A stretch of DNA of 63,522 bases, the filler included, from Parasitella parasitica NRRL 2501 (Eukaryota > Fungi > Mucoromycota): NCBI GenBank assembly GCA_025201805.1. It is 14 parts of 14 records of this genome, joined end to end, with 100 filler letters (N's around TTAATTAATTAA, not from the genome) between each part and the next. Parts side by side here need not be neighbours in the genome. Positions count along the whole stretch, not along the records: positions 36,213 to 46,676 come from MU619279.1; positions 46,777 to 51,190 come from MU619315.1; 12 more parts are not named here. One strand, written 5' to 3'. Positions 37,580 through 51,290 of this stretch are shown here, piece after piece. Position 1 is the first letter of the stretch. Every line of letters starts with the position of its first letter. The position numbers and the translations under genes are program-made. The notes below the pieces were generated by a model. It made no database searches. It was not told the origin of the DNA and saw only the letters and a program-made list of their open reading frames with translations.

Positions 37580-38640
37580 AATGATCACTGTAGACGAAGA
37601 GCTCAAAGATACCAATGCGAGGGAAGCAACTCCAAAGAAGGAAAAAATGGTCGTTTACAATATTTATACAGACAAGGATAGATGAAGACATCTCTTTCTT
37701 ATTCACGAAAATCTTATGTCCCTACTCAAGCTGCGAAAGCTGCCAACATCTATTTGGAAACTCTTCAAAAGTGGAAGATAGTGAACAAAAAAAAGACCCC
37801 TAAAAAAACATTTCCATTAAAAAAAGAAATTGAATATCAATTATGCTTTATAAAAGTAAGCTGAACGAGGAGCACATGGCCCATTTGATAGATTTTGTTA
37901 ATAAGAATTCATCGCCCATAATACAGGACGCAGTCGAAAACTTGACAAAAATTTTGAAGGTTTGGAGATCAAAGAATAGTAGAAATGCTGAATCTATAAA
38001 AGAGAAACACAACCTCATTATCAAAGTTGTCACTCGCCATCCTGTAGTGAGAAATAGTCGCACTAAAATTGTAGAAAAATGGGCTCAAAAGGTATACACT
38101 ATAAGCAGAACTATGTATTTCTTGATGAATCTGAATTCTACACGCCATGCGTCTCTTCAAAGCTTGGTCGCAGCGTGGCAGTTGAGCAATTATAGAATCA
38201 CCTTCTGCAAGAGTCAGACAATTATTAGTGCAGTTACAGTATTGGTATTGCCAATTTAAATATAAGGCATCCATAAAATATTATAAGGTTGTAGGCTCCA
38301 TGAAACGAAACTTGATGATGCGGCACCTGCTTTCTCAAAAGGGATCACGGCTATTCGTTATTCACAGTTAATTAGTGGCATATTAAGCAGTATGGATGAG
38401 CTTTCAATATGAAGGGATTTCGTGTTATTGTTGGCAATACTCCATTTTATGATTATCGCCATCCCCTTATTCTCTAGAACTCTAGCCTATTGAGCAGTTT
38501 TGGAAGTCTTGAAGAATACAGTCAATAGAATCAAGTTGAAAAATGTAGAGCCTCTTAGCCTAAGAGTCATTGAACGAAGTGAATATGCTCCTGTCTTCCA
38601 CTTTACAGAATTTCATTTAAAATCCTGTTTAAAAAAGAAA
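37580..38640 (+). pseudogene. Decayed Tc1/mariner (IS630-like) transposase
   Basis: KLNEEHMAHLIDFV..., ..FLDES.., PYSLEL*PIEQFW with frameshifts. The termini were not recognised. Confidence 0.7.
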
Positions 38641-39097
38641 GTTCGTGATATATCTAACCAGAAATTGGTTGACATAATTGTAAAAGCGTCTCAATTAACT
38701 TCAAACGTCTGGATAACTTGGGCTTCACTTTTTTTTTTTTGGGTAGCACTGTTATATAAAAATTAGCACATCTAAAAAAAACCACCTGTATATTTGATAT
38801 TCTCTAATAGATATAGACAGTACAGACCTATTAAAAGTGATCCGGAATGCATTTATCAACTATTATCCTATACAGTAGTTGTATCAACAGTGTCTCAATA
38901 TTGGTCCATATCGTGAATGTTCGTGACGCTAATTCTAAACGTCTCTACTAAACACACACTCTTAAACCTAATCCACCTGGAAAAGGAGGATGGAATAAAC
39001 AGAACCAAAACTTTTTTGTTTCTGTTTAAGATTTCTTTTGTTTTTTTGTTTTTTTTAAGAAAAAAAAATAATTTTGCTCTAAACTTACACATTCAAT

Positions 39098-40963
39098 ATG
39101 GCTAGGAAAACGTTTAAAACAATAGAGGCAGATGTTGATGCTGGTACTCATGATGATCGACTGTACAACAAAGCCTTTGAAGGGTTTAGAGCCAGTTTAA
39201 GAAACGCACTCCTACCACTTGTTCGCCACGAAACACCCATTTTGGCTTCTATGCAGGTAAACTATACACTTTTTGTATGAGCTCAAGATCAACGAAATCA
39301 ACGTCGATCCATAGAAAACAATTCGCACACCTGGTTTGGACCAGTACTTTGTATGGACGGCTAATTTGGGGACACATACATTTTTCATGGTTTTTCTACC
39401 GATTTTGATCTGGTTTGGTAATGCGGAACTCGGTAGAAAGTGAGCTTATGTTGTATCCATAGAGAGCATTCATGTTTATGATTTCCTATGTAGTGTTGCG
39501 TTTTTGACAGCTTCTGGTGTATTTTGGTCCGGATTTGTCAAGGCAAGTAGTCTGTTTCCATAGAAAATTGCTGTCTAGCATGTTGAATTTTAATCATATG
39601 CGTATAGGATTTTCTATGTCTGCCTCGACCTTTGTCTCCACCAGTTCATAGATTGACCATGTCACCCTCAGTTGCATTAGAATATGGATTTCCCTCAACA
39701 CATTCAACTAATTCGATCTCAGTGGCCTTGTTTCTTATTTCGATAGCATGTGAAAAGCTCGCCCCTGAATCACCTGCACGATTGATCAGCGTTGTTGCAT
39801 GTATATTGTATGCTGTGAGTGTTGTAGTAGGCAGAGTTTATTGTGGCATGCACACGGTTACAGGTATGTTTTTATAAAACAAGCGACATTTGTGTTTAAT
39901 ACTCAATTTAATTTCAATTTTAAGATTGTATTGGCGGATCCATTTTAGCTTATTTCGTTTACTTGGCTCAATGGACTTTTAAAGACCAGTTTAATGCATT
40001 GTTCACTAGTCAATCTTATTGGGGTAAACTCAGTGTCGATGTAAAGCAACAAGAATACTAATGGTCAACCGATCTTTGTAGTGTTCATGGCTATTCCTAT
40101 TTGTCTGATGCTTGTTTCGCTTCAGTAAGTAAATGCAGGGTTGCACAAAAGATATTGTAATATTCAATTTATCTACCACAGTCCTGATCCGATGGAAAGA
40201 TGTCCTTGTTTTGAAGACAGGTAAATAGCATACGAGTTTTTCTGACGGCATTGAATTGTAATAATATTTGTTAGTGTTTGTTTTATGGGTGTAGTGATTG
40301 GATTAATGCCAGGAAGTTGGCTGTGTAACCAGGCAAATTACTGTAGTACTGGGTTGTCTTCATCAGTTCTATCGACACAAATTGGTATCATGGGTGCTTT
40401 ATTCTTGCTGATTAAGCTGGTTGCTGGTGTTGCATGTTTATTTATTTGGCGCATTGTTTGTAAAAAAGTTTGCTATTACATTTTCCCACCAATTTACAGA
40501 GTTTTCAATCTTCCCCATCGTAAATTTGAGATTGGCGCCAGAACATACAAGAGTTTACGTAGAGAGAGTATTCATCCTGTCCCTTCAGTCCTGGATTTCC
40601 ATTCTATCACTGGAAATATGGAAAATAATGAACATATTGGTATACAATCTGCTATCGATTTAAAAGAAGCTCAAGATCAGCAAAGCCAACTGTCGTATCG
40701 TGGTGGCGTTCGAGAAGATGTCCCTATTTCAACATCTGCTAATGACAAGGAGCTATTTGATCCCACCTCTCTTTTAATCATTGAGGATGCTCCACTTAGA
40801 TATGATGTAGACATTGTCACAAAATTGATCGTATATGCAGGTAAGTCCGTCTTTAGGCTTTTGTCAATGCTGCTATAATAACTGATTTTCTGTAGGCATT
40901 GGGTTTATTGCTGTATATATTGTCCCCATGTTATTCCAACTAATGTCACAACTTACTGTATAA
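39098..40963 (+). CDS. PAP2-family sphingoid-base-phosphate phosphatase (Lcb3/Ysr3/SGPP-like), multi-exon
   Basis: LDQYFVWTANLGTHTFFMVFLP, K|DFLCLPRP, EYGFPSTH, GRVYCGMH..D, HPDP..CPCFEDS and RYDVDIVTKLIVYAGIG. Stop at 40961-40963. Confidence 0.93.
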
Positions 40964-41438
40964 ATAATATACAAATATTCCCCACCTTCCATCATTTTTA
41001 TATTACTAATATCTTTCCACTATCATCGCCAATGTTGATTTCTTATTATTTATGTAGACAAAAAGGAAATTCGGAGAAGGTTAATTACTAATTGTTCCTT
41101 TTCTTTCTTCCTTTATATTTATTTGGCCTTTATTAACTTCTTTTAATGGTGTTTATATCTCTGTTCGTATATTTTATTTTATTAGCATTTGTACCGTATT
41201 AAAATATATTCTTAAAACATTGTTTTATGTGTAAAAGACAAAAATACATTTCTACAAATTTGTTGAAACGAGAAGATGCTAAATTTGAATTATGAAAGAA
41301 AAATTATGATGTATGCTTTAATCATACAATGGGTTATTAATTACTTTTGACCACGAACCATAAGTCAATATAAGCTAGACTAGTGTGATACAGCTATACC
41401 TGAAATAGTACCTTCCCATCCCGTAAAATCACCATAAT

Positions 41439-41858
41439 TGTTGAGATCTGCAAGATCGAAAATAAGACAAATATAAAATAAAACGTTGAGTTAATGAGAT
41501 ACGAAAACTTGAAATTACTTTACTAAAGATTCAACTTTGCATCTACTATTTATACTATTTACAACTACATAAATTTTTGGTGACTTATATAAAATACTAG
41601 TCGATACTAATCGATAAGCAACATCATATCTTTAACAGAGTACGATGTATTATTATACTACAAGGCTATTGATCTTTGATCTGACAGTACCTTATTGTTT
41701 GTCAAGCATACAGATCTGTGTTACAGATAACTTTCTTGATTTGAAACAAAGACTTTATTCCCCTGTTTCGACAAGTATAACAACACATCATTGGACAATC
41801 TCCAATCTTTAATTGAAGTACATTATCATGATCTTCTTTCCTACGTTATGGCAGATCA
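41439..41858 (-). repeat. Full-length ~420-bp copy of the TGATCTGC family
   Basis: Reverse-complement homolog of 48793-49241, with imperfect terminal inverted repeats TGATCTGC / GCAGATCTCA. Confidence 0.8.
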
Positions 41859-42069
41859 ATAATAGTTTAATCAATAGCCGTAGTACATAGGGGGAACATG
41901 ATAATATTTGATTTATCACTTTCAAATTCCTTCAGGCGCCCAAATTTATATAAGTAGAATAGCCAGGATAATACTTATTTGGTAGTGAAAATAATATAGC
42001 CCACAATTTGCCCTATGAATAAAGAGAAAGTGCCCAAAACGCATGAAATTATCTCCTCCAATAGTGTAT

Positions 42070-42520
42070 ATTGTGCCAGTGTCAAAGGGCGCAACGTACT
42101 GTTATGTGAATATGATTTGTATAATATAATAAAGACTTTTTTGGATAAAACCAGATACAAAACTGAAGACTTTTATTGACATAAGATATGATCTCTATTT
42201 ATACTAAAATATATCCCAATCAATGTTTATCCACATGACATTTGATGTTTGACAAGAAGTGTCAAACCTTATTAAATCACAGCATTTCCAGGACAGACCT
42301 ATTCTTCTACTTTACATTAAAGAGAAGATTGGGTAGGATTTCTTTCCGACATCCCACGATCTGATCTAGATGTATTCTTTGAATAAGCCTGGAACCTTGC
42401 AAGAGGTCCAATTACAACTTACAGCTTATTCCTTATTTGTAAAAGAGTTACCAACAATTAAAATCATGATCCCTACATTGTAACTAAGTTAGATATGACA
42501 TATATAGCCTTTATATGAAT
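42070..42520 (+). repeat. Dispersed ~450-bp repeat (LTR-like); copy at ~47150-47600
   Basis: Collinear identity, e.g. aaaaccagatacaaaact.aagacttttat.gaca.aagatatgatctctatttatactaaaatatatccca. Confidence 0.8.
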
Positions 42521-43283
42521 ACAGTAATTACAATTATGTTAGATATGACATATGTACGTAGTCTGTATATGGAGAGAACAAATGTATACTGTAACTAACC
42601 GTTTATATATAGGTAACAGGTATGTATCATCAGATGAAACTGAATCCGGTATCATGATGATACGTATGTTTGGTTGTGAATAGACAATAGTGTCTTAATA
42701 AGCAGAAGTTTTGGACTAAAAACTACCTACTATTTCAGTATACCGTAATAGCGAAGAGAAGGTGTAATTAAGGTGTCGCATATTATCATTAAATAATTAT
42801 TTGTCAAAGAGGTCATCATCATCAAGCATGAGATGATGGCATCTTTGAACATCTTTACTCCGTGAAGCGAAACTGGTTTTGGGGTGCAGACGAGCTCGTA
42901 ACATTAAAAGAAATCAAGATTTTATTTAGATGTCTTGCATATATTGCAACACCATAAATGAATAATTTTATTTTGATAGAAAGGCATTATGGCATGAAAC
43001 TATTCACTAAAAAAAAGTATATCACATATATGGTGGAATCAAGTATTCAAAATAATAATGAAGATGTGCTTATAAGGCGGCCTAACGAAAAGAGTTACAT
43101 ATGAAAGTGATAATCTTGAAATGATTGAGGAGACATTTAGATTAGATTATCATTTTGAAAATCATTATCGACCAACGTGAACGCACCGATGCCAAAATCA
43201 TTGCAAGACGTAGGCGGAGGTTTGTTTATGGATTGCGATTGATGTTGAAAATCTAGAATTGAAATTTGTTGAGTTGGTTGAGG

Positions 43284-44391
43284 TCATCTATCCAGTGTAA
43301 GACTATTGTTAAATAATTGTTGATCCATGGTTATGGATGATGGAATTGATGTAATTTCAAAATAGTTATCAGCATAATCGAAAGTTGTGGATATAAAGGC
43401 GTTTGAATGCTCAGCAAAGAAATTACCGGAATTATCCATATAGCTTTGTTGCTTTTGGTATTGTGGTAATGAGGTTGACTTGGCTGAATGGAGCATATGC
43501 GTTGATGTTGAGCCCTGAGGGCTATTTTGGTGCGTTTCGCAACCAAAATCTACGCCACTATCACAATCTGAATCATATTGAAGATCCTGTACGTTTTGCT
43601 TGATATTTATCTTCTTTTTTCGGGTGATCTTGTTACGCTTGATGGCAGAAGACGAAGCTCTGGTAGTAGAATTCATTCGGAAGATGGTGAATAAAGGAGA
43701 GTTTGGCTTTTTGACAGAAGCATCGATAAGTTTACGGAATTTTTCACCATCGGATGCACAGCTAAGGAAGCTGATATTGTTTTTAACACTGATTGAGCTA
43801 CATGCAGCACCTCCCATGCCTCTTTTCATCAAGTTATCAATGAATTGCTGCTCATAACCGGGAACAATAGTCCAGAAACATCCTTTACCAGAAGCTATAC
43901 TAGTCTCACGTTCTAGCTTTGCAAATGCTTTTTTAACAGATAGATTATGTCTGATTGAGTTCTGTTGAATTCACGCAGACATAATAATACAGTAAAATCA
44001 GGCGATTCTTACCTGCCATTTGTTGTCCTTCATACTATAGCAAGGATAATGCTCAGATATCCATCGATAGATTTCATTTAGAGTTAATTTGCGATGTTCA
44101 CTAGATAAGATAGCATGTGAAATGACGGTAGCAAAAGAAAAGGGAGGTTTTTCATCTAATTTGACAGGCTTCCAGGTGGGTTTGATATGAATTACTCCAG
44201 TGGGTACTTGCTTTGTAATCCCAGGCCTTTCGGTAGAGTCTTTTACTGAGTTTCCTTGATATGCTTTTTAACACGATGTCTGCGTTGGTTTTGGGTTGTT
44301 TGTCGTGTAAGATGCGGTCAACGTAAAGCGAATGAACTAAAAATATATAAAAAGGCCAATCAACTCGTTTTTCTTGTATATCCATCCACAT
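43284..44391 (-). CDS. Forkhead (winged-helix) transcription factor; 5' exon structure uncertain
   Basis: EKPPFSFATVISHAILSSEHRKLTLNEIYRWISEHYPCY..KWQ|NSIRHNLSVKKAFAKLER..GKGCFWTI, with an intron at 43963-44012. Confidence 0.88.
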
Positions 44392-44975
44392 AATTATTTA
44401 TTTTTGGCATGTCTCGGGAGCAGCAGCAGCAACAACAGTTGTATTGTCCTTCGACAATATGCTCTCTAAATGATGGCTATAGCGTGATGCATTCTTTCCC
44501 TTTCATAAATGATGGTCCCAAGTTAAATCATGCTTATATAAGTAACCAACCTTCTACACACAACCAGGAGCAAAAAAAAAACCACCACAATCGTATGGAT
44601 TTAGAGGGCCCTTTTGATCTTTTCTGTTATGTGTCCATGCTTAATTCAATAGCTTGTTTTCATTTTATTTTTTACACAATTATGTCATTCTGTCTTAATT
44701 ACAATCCCCCAAATAAAATAGAATACAAAGCACAGCATTTTTATTTTACAATATTTTGGTGTCCTTTTCTGCGTGGATAAAACATCGTGGAAATACACAT
44801 TTCGTCGGTGATATAAAGTACATTATACCATCACTTAGTGAACATTCTGTCTTCTGCTACTCTCTAGTGGGTCTGTGATAGAGACTCATACCAAGATTCC
44901 TTTAAACATAATGTCGTTATATAATTAGAGATTAAATGTCTTGAGAAATTTTACATAAATTTTATTTCCGATAAT

Positions 44976-46020
44976 TTAAGACGGGATGGCAGATTTAGCG
45001 GTTGTTGTCGTCGTGTTTCCACTGACAGGAGAATTAATATTAAGCAGCAAGGTATCAGAATCAAGCATCACTCTGTTGCCAGAACGAGAAATCACAGCAG
45101 CAATCTCACGAGCAGCTTCAATACGCTTTAACTCCAGGAAACCTGGTTTATTTTCAATGGCCTTTCCAATAAGTTCAGCTGATTTAGCTTCACCCTGAGC
45201 ACGAACAATAACAGATTGTTTTTCTTGGCGAGCTTTATCAACGATGAATGCAGCTCTTTGAGCTTCTTGTTGAGAAATCTGCTTGGCTTCAACTGCTGCT
45301 TCAAATACAGGCGAGAAATTTAAATGTGTGATGGAAACGTCATCTAAAATAATGTTAAATCTTAATGCACGACGAACCAAGTTTTCGCGAACAAGACGAG
45401 ATACTCGCTCACGCTGAGTGATTAATTGAGATGCAGTGAATTGAGCAACAACTGATTTCAATACTTCGTTAACAATTGAAGGTAAAATACGTTCATCATA
45501 GTCTTGGCCTAATGTTCTGTAAACTGTAGCAAGCTCGTCGACACGAGGCTTCGAAAGTACACGACAAGTAATGTTGACCATCTGTAAATCTAGTGGAATC
45601 AGAGATGCAATTAACTTTTTGGTGAATTATTGTAGCTGCACGTCTAATTTACCTTTGGTTCCAGTCAAAGACGCCACATTGCGAGGCTTCGCACGAACGT
45701 CATAAATAACAGGTGTCTCGAACCAGGGGATCATAAAGTGAGTGCCTTCATTATAAACTTGGTTTTGAACACCAAATAGGCGAGTGTACTTAATGGCACG
45801 ATAACCACCATCCACTAAGAAAATAAAAAAGCGATGTCAGTATACGCATTCAAATTGATAGCATCTTTTTCTTCTTACCATTGAAAAGTGAAGCATTAAT
45901 GCCGTAGCCTAAACCACCCAAGACAGTAATTGCTCCAATGGCAGAGCTGAGACCCTTACCAGAACCTTTGGGGAACAATCCACCTAATCTTTGTGCAGCT
46001 TGTTTAGCTTGATGGGCCAT
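44976..46020 (-). CDS. PHB2: Prohibitin-2 (SPFH domain), 3 exons
   Basis: MAHQAKQAAQRLG..ASLFN|VDGGYRAIKYTRLFGV..PWFETPVIYDVRAKPRNVASLTGTK|DLQMVNITCRVLSKP..DYDERILPSIVNEVLKSVVAQF. Confidence 0.96.
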
Positions 46021-46176
46021 AATATGTAATTTTATATTGGATAAAAAAAATAGATACACCTTTTGCCAAAATGATGTCGCAAGAAGAAATCGCAATTTTA
46101 AAGAAAAACAGTATCGTTTGTTTTTAGAAAAGGGTATTACACAATTCAGGAAAGTAGTGTCGCATCTAAAAGGTAT

Positions 46177-46320
46177 AATGTGTCCGTCCAAGCTGTCCGT
46201 TCAGCCAAAATATAAAAAACCTATAATGCGTCCGTCCATTTAGGCTGTCCGTCTATTTAGGCTGTCCAAACTGTTCGTTCAGCCAAAATATAAAGAGGCA
46301 TCATGTGTCCGTCCAGTCAA
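46177..46320. repeat. Nested short tandem repeats (TGTCCGTC / GTTCAGCCAAAATATAAA) upstream of PHB2
   Basis: Several TGTCC(GTC) units, two copies of gttcagccaaaatataaa and two of atttaggctgtcc. Confidence 0.75.
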
Positions 46321-47671
46321 ACAAAAATATTGTAAAAATTCTATTATTTCTTTATTCAACATCTGTAAGCATTTGGTGATAGAAATAGGAGAACTCTTTA
46401 AAACTTGATACTTTATTCGAAAAAATGGACGTAGTAATAAAAATGGATGCAATGATATTTAACCAACATACCTGTTACACTGGAATGGCATACTAAAATA
46501 TTTGTAACTGACTGAATCTATGTCCTTTTAATTGAAATCGAAATTGATTTCATCACATTATTGTTCGCATTTGCAATGTAAGGGTTTAAAATAACTGCAA
46601 GTTTACACAATTCATCATTCAATACTTTGTTTTCAATTATCTTGATTTGTTTTGATTCATCAAACAAATCAAGTATNNNNNNNNNNNNNNNNNNNNNNNN
46701 NNNNNNNNNNNNNNNNNNNNTTAATTAATTAANNNNNNNNNNNNNNNNNNNNNNNNNNNNNNNNNNNNNNNNNNNNGATATGTTAATTTGTGATATCATA
46801 TGATAACTTTATGGATGTTATGCATAGAAAATGTATAAATATTGCATGTGTTATGCGCGGAGGATATATAATTATGATCTGCTCAAAAAAATTTATAGCT
46901 TTATAAAAATAAAATCAGACACAAAAACTAATGACTTTATTGATAAGAAAATGCCATCTTTTTATACTAGGTTATATCTATTATAACACTATTTGTCATC
47001 ATGGATAAACATTGAACTTGGTATGTAATACCAAGTTTATTACATGTTCTACTGTACATTAATAGCTATAAACAATTCCAGAAATTGTTTATTCTATAGC
47101 GCATCAATTAATATCATAGTTGTCTAATCTTATCTTTATCTACATTGTTTTGCCAGTGGAAAGGGCGCAGCGTAATTTTAGGTAAATATGATTTGTATAA
47201 AGTAATAAAGACTTATCGGAATAAAACCAGATACAAAACTAAAGACTTTTACTGACACAAGATATGATCTCTATTTATACTAAAATATATCCCATTCAAT
47301 GTTGATCCACATAACATCTGATGTTTGATAAGAAGTGTCAAACCTTATTAAATCACAGCATTTCTAGGACAGATCTATCTTTTTATTTTACATTAAAGAG
47401 AAGATTAGTAGGATATCTTCCCGACATCCCGCGATCTGATCTAGATTTATTCTTTGAATAAGCCTGTAACCTTGCAAGAGGTCCAATTACAACTTGTAGC
47501 TTATTCCTTATTTTTAAAAGAATTACCAACAATTAATATCATGATCCGTGCATTATGACTAAGTTAGATATGACATATATGTAGCCTTTATATGGATACA
47601 ACAGATAAGTTGAGCTTCGCAATTTAGAATAAGTAGAACCCAAATAGATGTTTTCTTATACAAGACATTCT

Positions 47672-48090
47672 TGCAGTAAATTTGAAACATTTACGAAATA
47701 AAAAATAAAGTTTAAAAAATAAAAGCGATATGAAATTACAATTATAATCAAGTTTGGGGTTTTTTATTATAAAAGTATACTGAGGTTTTATCTAGAGGAA
47801 AACAGCTTAGTATTTATAGAGTTTGAATCGTTGAATATCAGTTCTCATGGATAAAGCATTGATTATAGAGTCAATGTGTTAATTTATCGTTGTTTAATTT
47901 TAGGTTTTAAGGAGAACGAAGCAAATTGTGCTGAATGCTTTCACCATTGAAGGAGATTTGCGTAAGATTAGTTGGCCGTGTTAGGATGGCTATCGTCATA
48001 CTTTAGTTATTCTGTTAAAGATATCCTTATCTAGAACAATGATGGGAAAAACTTATTGAATGACGAGCTGCCATAATTGATATCTTTGTC
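47672..48090 (+). repeat. Dispersed LTR-like repeat; inverted copy at ~62035-62445
   Basis: tgcagtaaatttgaaa..tttacgaaataaaaa..aattacaattataatcaagtttgggg..gagctgccat matches the reverse complement of 62035-62445. Confidence 0.75.
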
Positions 48091-48792
48091 AAGTATTATT
48101 AGTCTTATTCTGAATGTCTATTGTGTAAGGGAAAGCACTATATACTTTGACCAGGATTGTTTTCCTTCACACGACATTCATTAATAAGGTCTTAAATTGT
48201 ATTTGTAATTCGATTTCATTTGTATGACTTTATATGTTATGCGAACTCGAATGGCATGAATTGACTATGCGTGACATTTGAGTCTTATTTTTTCAGTTTT
48301 GCGCTTTTAGTTATACCGTTCCATTGCATGTACTACTGTAATTAAGATTTATTATAGAGTATGGGGCGTAAATTCCTGTTTCAGACATGTAAATTATTGT
48401 GTTGAATACAAAACAAACAGATAATTTTTATATCAATAACATGCCATAGAGCTTGTTGTAGCAAGATCAAGGGGCTAAAGCCAATGTGCGTGGTAAATCA
48501 GGGATTTACACTGCATGCTCTGTATATAAATCTTGGTCACAGTCGTGTATGATGACGTTAGCACATAATGTTAGTTTATATAAATAATACATCCAGAGGA
48601 TGTATTTCTAATAAAAGTGTAACTCTTTGGTAGATTTATTTTACTTACTTAGTTTGACATAACAATAAGAACCAGTGGTTAACTCAAAATACAAAAACTA
48701 TATGATGATATTTTATTTAAGATCGAAATTGCATCTGTTGTTTATACCTTTTACAAATACATAAATTTGTGGTTACTGCTTAATTATCAGAT

Positions 48793-49241
48793 TGATCTGC
48801 CATAATGTAAGATAGGAGATCATGAAAATGTACTTCAATTGAAGATTGGAGATTATCCATTGATGTGCTAATACTTTGTCATGCTTGTCGAAGCAGGAGA
48901 ATAAAGTCTCTCTGTTTCAAGTCAAGAAGGTTATCTGTAGCACAGATCTCTGTATGATTAACAAACAGTAAGATACCGTCAGATCAAAGATCAATAGCCT
49001 TGTAGTATAATAGTACATCGTACCCTGTTAAGGTTATAATAATGTTGCTTGCAAATTACCCTTATCGATTAGTATCGACCAAGTATTCTAAATAAGTCCC
49101 CAAAAATTTGTGTAGTACTAAAAAGTATAAATAGCAGATGCAAATTTGAATCTCTAACAAAGTAATCTCAATTTTTTGTATCTCGTTAATTCAAAATTTT
49201 ATTTTATACTTTTGTTGTTTTCGATCTTGCAGATCTCAACA
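48793..49241 (+). repeat. Full-length copy of the TGATCTGC family
   Basis: See 41439-41858. Confidence 0.8.
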
Positions 49242-49360
49242 ACAACATAATGATTAAAAAGTGTTTCTCTTATTAATTTGTGATGAGTTGTGTTGTTGTT
49301 GATAGATTAATGACGATTTGATAATAATATCAACATAACGGAATGAAAAATTAGGGAGTA

Positions 49361-50992
49361 CGCTTTTTTCACAAATTACTGGGGCACATTTGGGAAAAAA
49401 TTTGGCGCACATTTTGAAAATAAAATGGCACACATTTGGGAAAAAACTTGGCGCTATAAATGATTTAAAATTGTCATATTTTAGGGCTTCAGTTTTACAT
49501 TTACTTCGAATATGGACAATATTGTATATGAAGACGGTCAAGGAAACCTTTACAATGACAGAAGCATGGAGGTTGCAGTCTTGGAAATGGAAGTAGATCA
49601 AGAGATGTATCCCATTGAAACCGTGACAAATTTTGCAATGTATCATGAGCTTAAACTACCTGAGAAGCCCAAGAATAAAACTCAAAAGCAACAAGACAGT
49701 GGAGACATCAAAATGAATAGAATAACAACAGAGCAGGCAACACATACAAAAACTACAAGGATTCAGAGAAGGAGCAGCTTTTTGCCTTGGTCTATGAAAG
49801 AGGCATATGAGTGTCAGACAAGCTGCCCTGAAACTTCCGATTACTCCACGCACAGCACAACCCTCAAACATTTACATCAGAAGAAAACAGGGTAGTGGAA
49901 GACCAGTCGGTAGACCAGCTCTTATGGATGATCGCCATAAAACACATTTGGTCGACCTAATCGACGAAGAGCCTTCTTCCCTAGTTTTGGAACAAATGAT
50001 GGATAGCCTGACAGCCTCGTTCATTGACCTTGAGATATCAAAAACAGCTCTCTACAACTTCGTTACCAAAGAATGCAAAATTAGTCTGAAGAGAGCTCAC
50101 TTCCATTCGGTGGATCGCAACAGCCCGGAAAAGATCAAAGCACGAAAGGAGTGGGTAGAGGAATGGATGAACACCGATATGGACTATATGAGCAATTGCG
50201 TGTTCATCGACGAAGTAGCATTTCATATCATTATGAAGCAATCTACTATTGCATGGTCAAAAGTGGGAAGTCGCGCTGTTGTCAAAGTACCAAAAACTAG
50301 GGCAAAAACAACAACAATCTTGGGAGCAACCTGTGCTTTTGGTGTTGTCAATATTAAAGTAAGACGGCCTCGAGTGATGCCCGCTTCCAAGAAGAGAAAG
50401 ACAGCAGGATCGAGTGGACCAGCTCAACCCCAGCAGAGTAAAGGCACTGTTACAGGCCATTACTTCAATTTTTTGAGCGACACGATGGACGAAATGGACA
50501 AGCATCCAGATATTTTCAAGGACAACTACTTGATCATGGACAATGCTCCAATCCACACAAACGATATGATATCAAGCTTTTCATTGAAAGTCGTGGTTAC
50601 AGATGTGTTTATCTTCCTCCTTACTCTCCAGAGCTTAAACCTATTGAGCAATTCTGGTCAGTTTGTAAGAGTAAGCTTAAACGAGAGTAGCTGTTAACGG
50701 AAGAGACACTCACATCTAGAATCAGAGACGCATGCAATCAAGTGCTTATTAGCGATCTCAAGGGATTCTGTAAATACTCTTGTGATAGATTCAATGATTG
50801 CTTGCAAGAAAGGCATCTTTAGTAATAAAGATTATTTGTCGCTTGTGTCGCATTCAAATTTTGTGTCAAATTTTAATTCATTTATGCGCCAGTTAGTGCG
50901 CCAAGTTTTTTTCCCAAATGTGTGCCATTTTATTTTCAAACTGTGCGACAAATTCTTTCCCAAATGTGCGCCAATAATTTGTGAAAAAAGTG
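49361..50992 (+). mobile_element. Tc1/mariner (IS630-like) DNA transposon with ~95-bp TIRs and TA target-site duplication; transposase frameshifted
   Basis: TA|CGCTTTTTTCACAAATTA..CACATTTGGGAAAAAACTTGGCGC on the left and its reverse complement ending AAAAAAGTG|TA on the right. DDE motifs VFIDE, LIMDNAPIH and LPPYSPELKPIEQFWS are split over different frames. Confidence 0.92.
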
Positions 50993-51115
50993 TAACAGCA
51001 GAATGAATGTCGAAATGAATAAATCTGGTCTTTCTAACTTTTATAAATTTTAATGTACGACTGAACATTATGATGTAAAAACGTCTCACGCTGGATCAAA
51101 TTTATGTAAAAGTAT

Positions 51116-51188
51116 AGCCCAACGTGGGGGTCGAACCCACAGCCTTGAGATTAAGAGTCTCACGCTCTACCGATTGAGCTAGCTAGGC
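51116..51188 (-). tRNA. tRNA-Lys(CUU)
   Basis: GCCTAGCTAGCTCAATCGGTAGAGCG-TGAGA CT CTT AA TCTCA-AGGCTGTGGGTTCGACCCCCAC-GTTGGGCT; 73-nt cloverleaf. Confidence 0.96.
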
Positions 51189-51290
51189 ATNNNNNNNNNN
51201 NNNNNNNNNNNNNNNNNNNNNNNNNNNNNNNNNNTTAATTAATTAANNNNNNNNNNNNNNNNNNNNNNNNNNNNNNNNNNNNNNNNNNNN

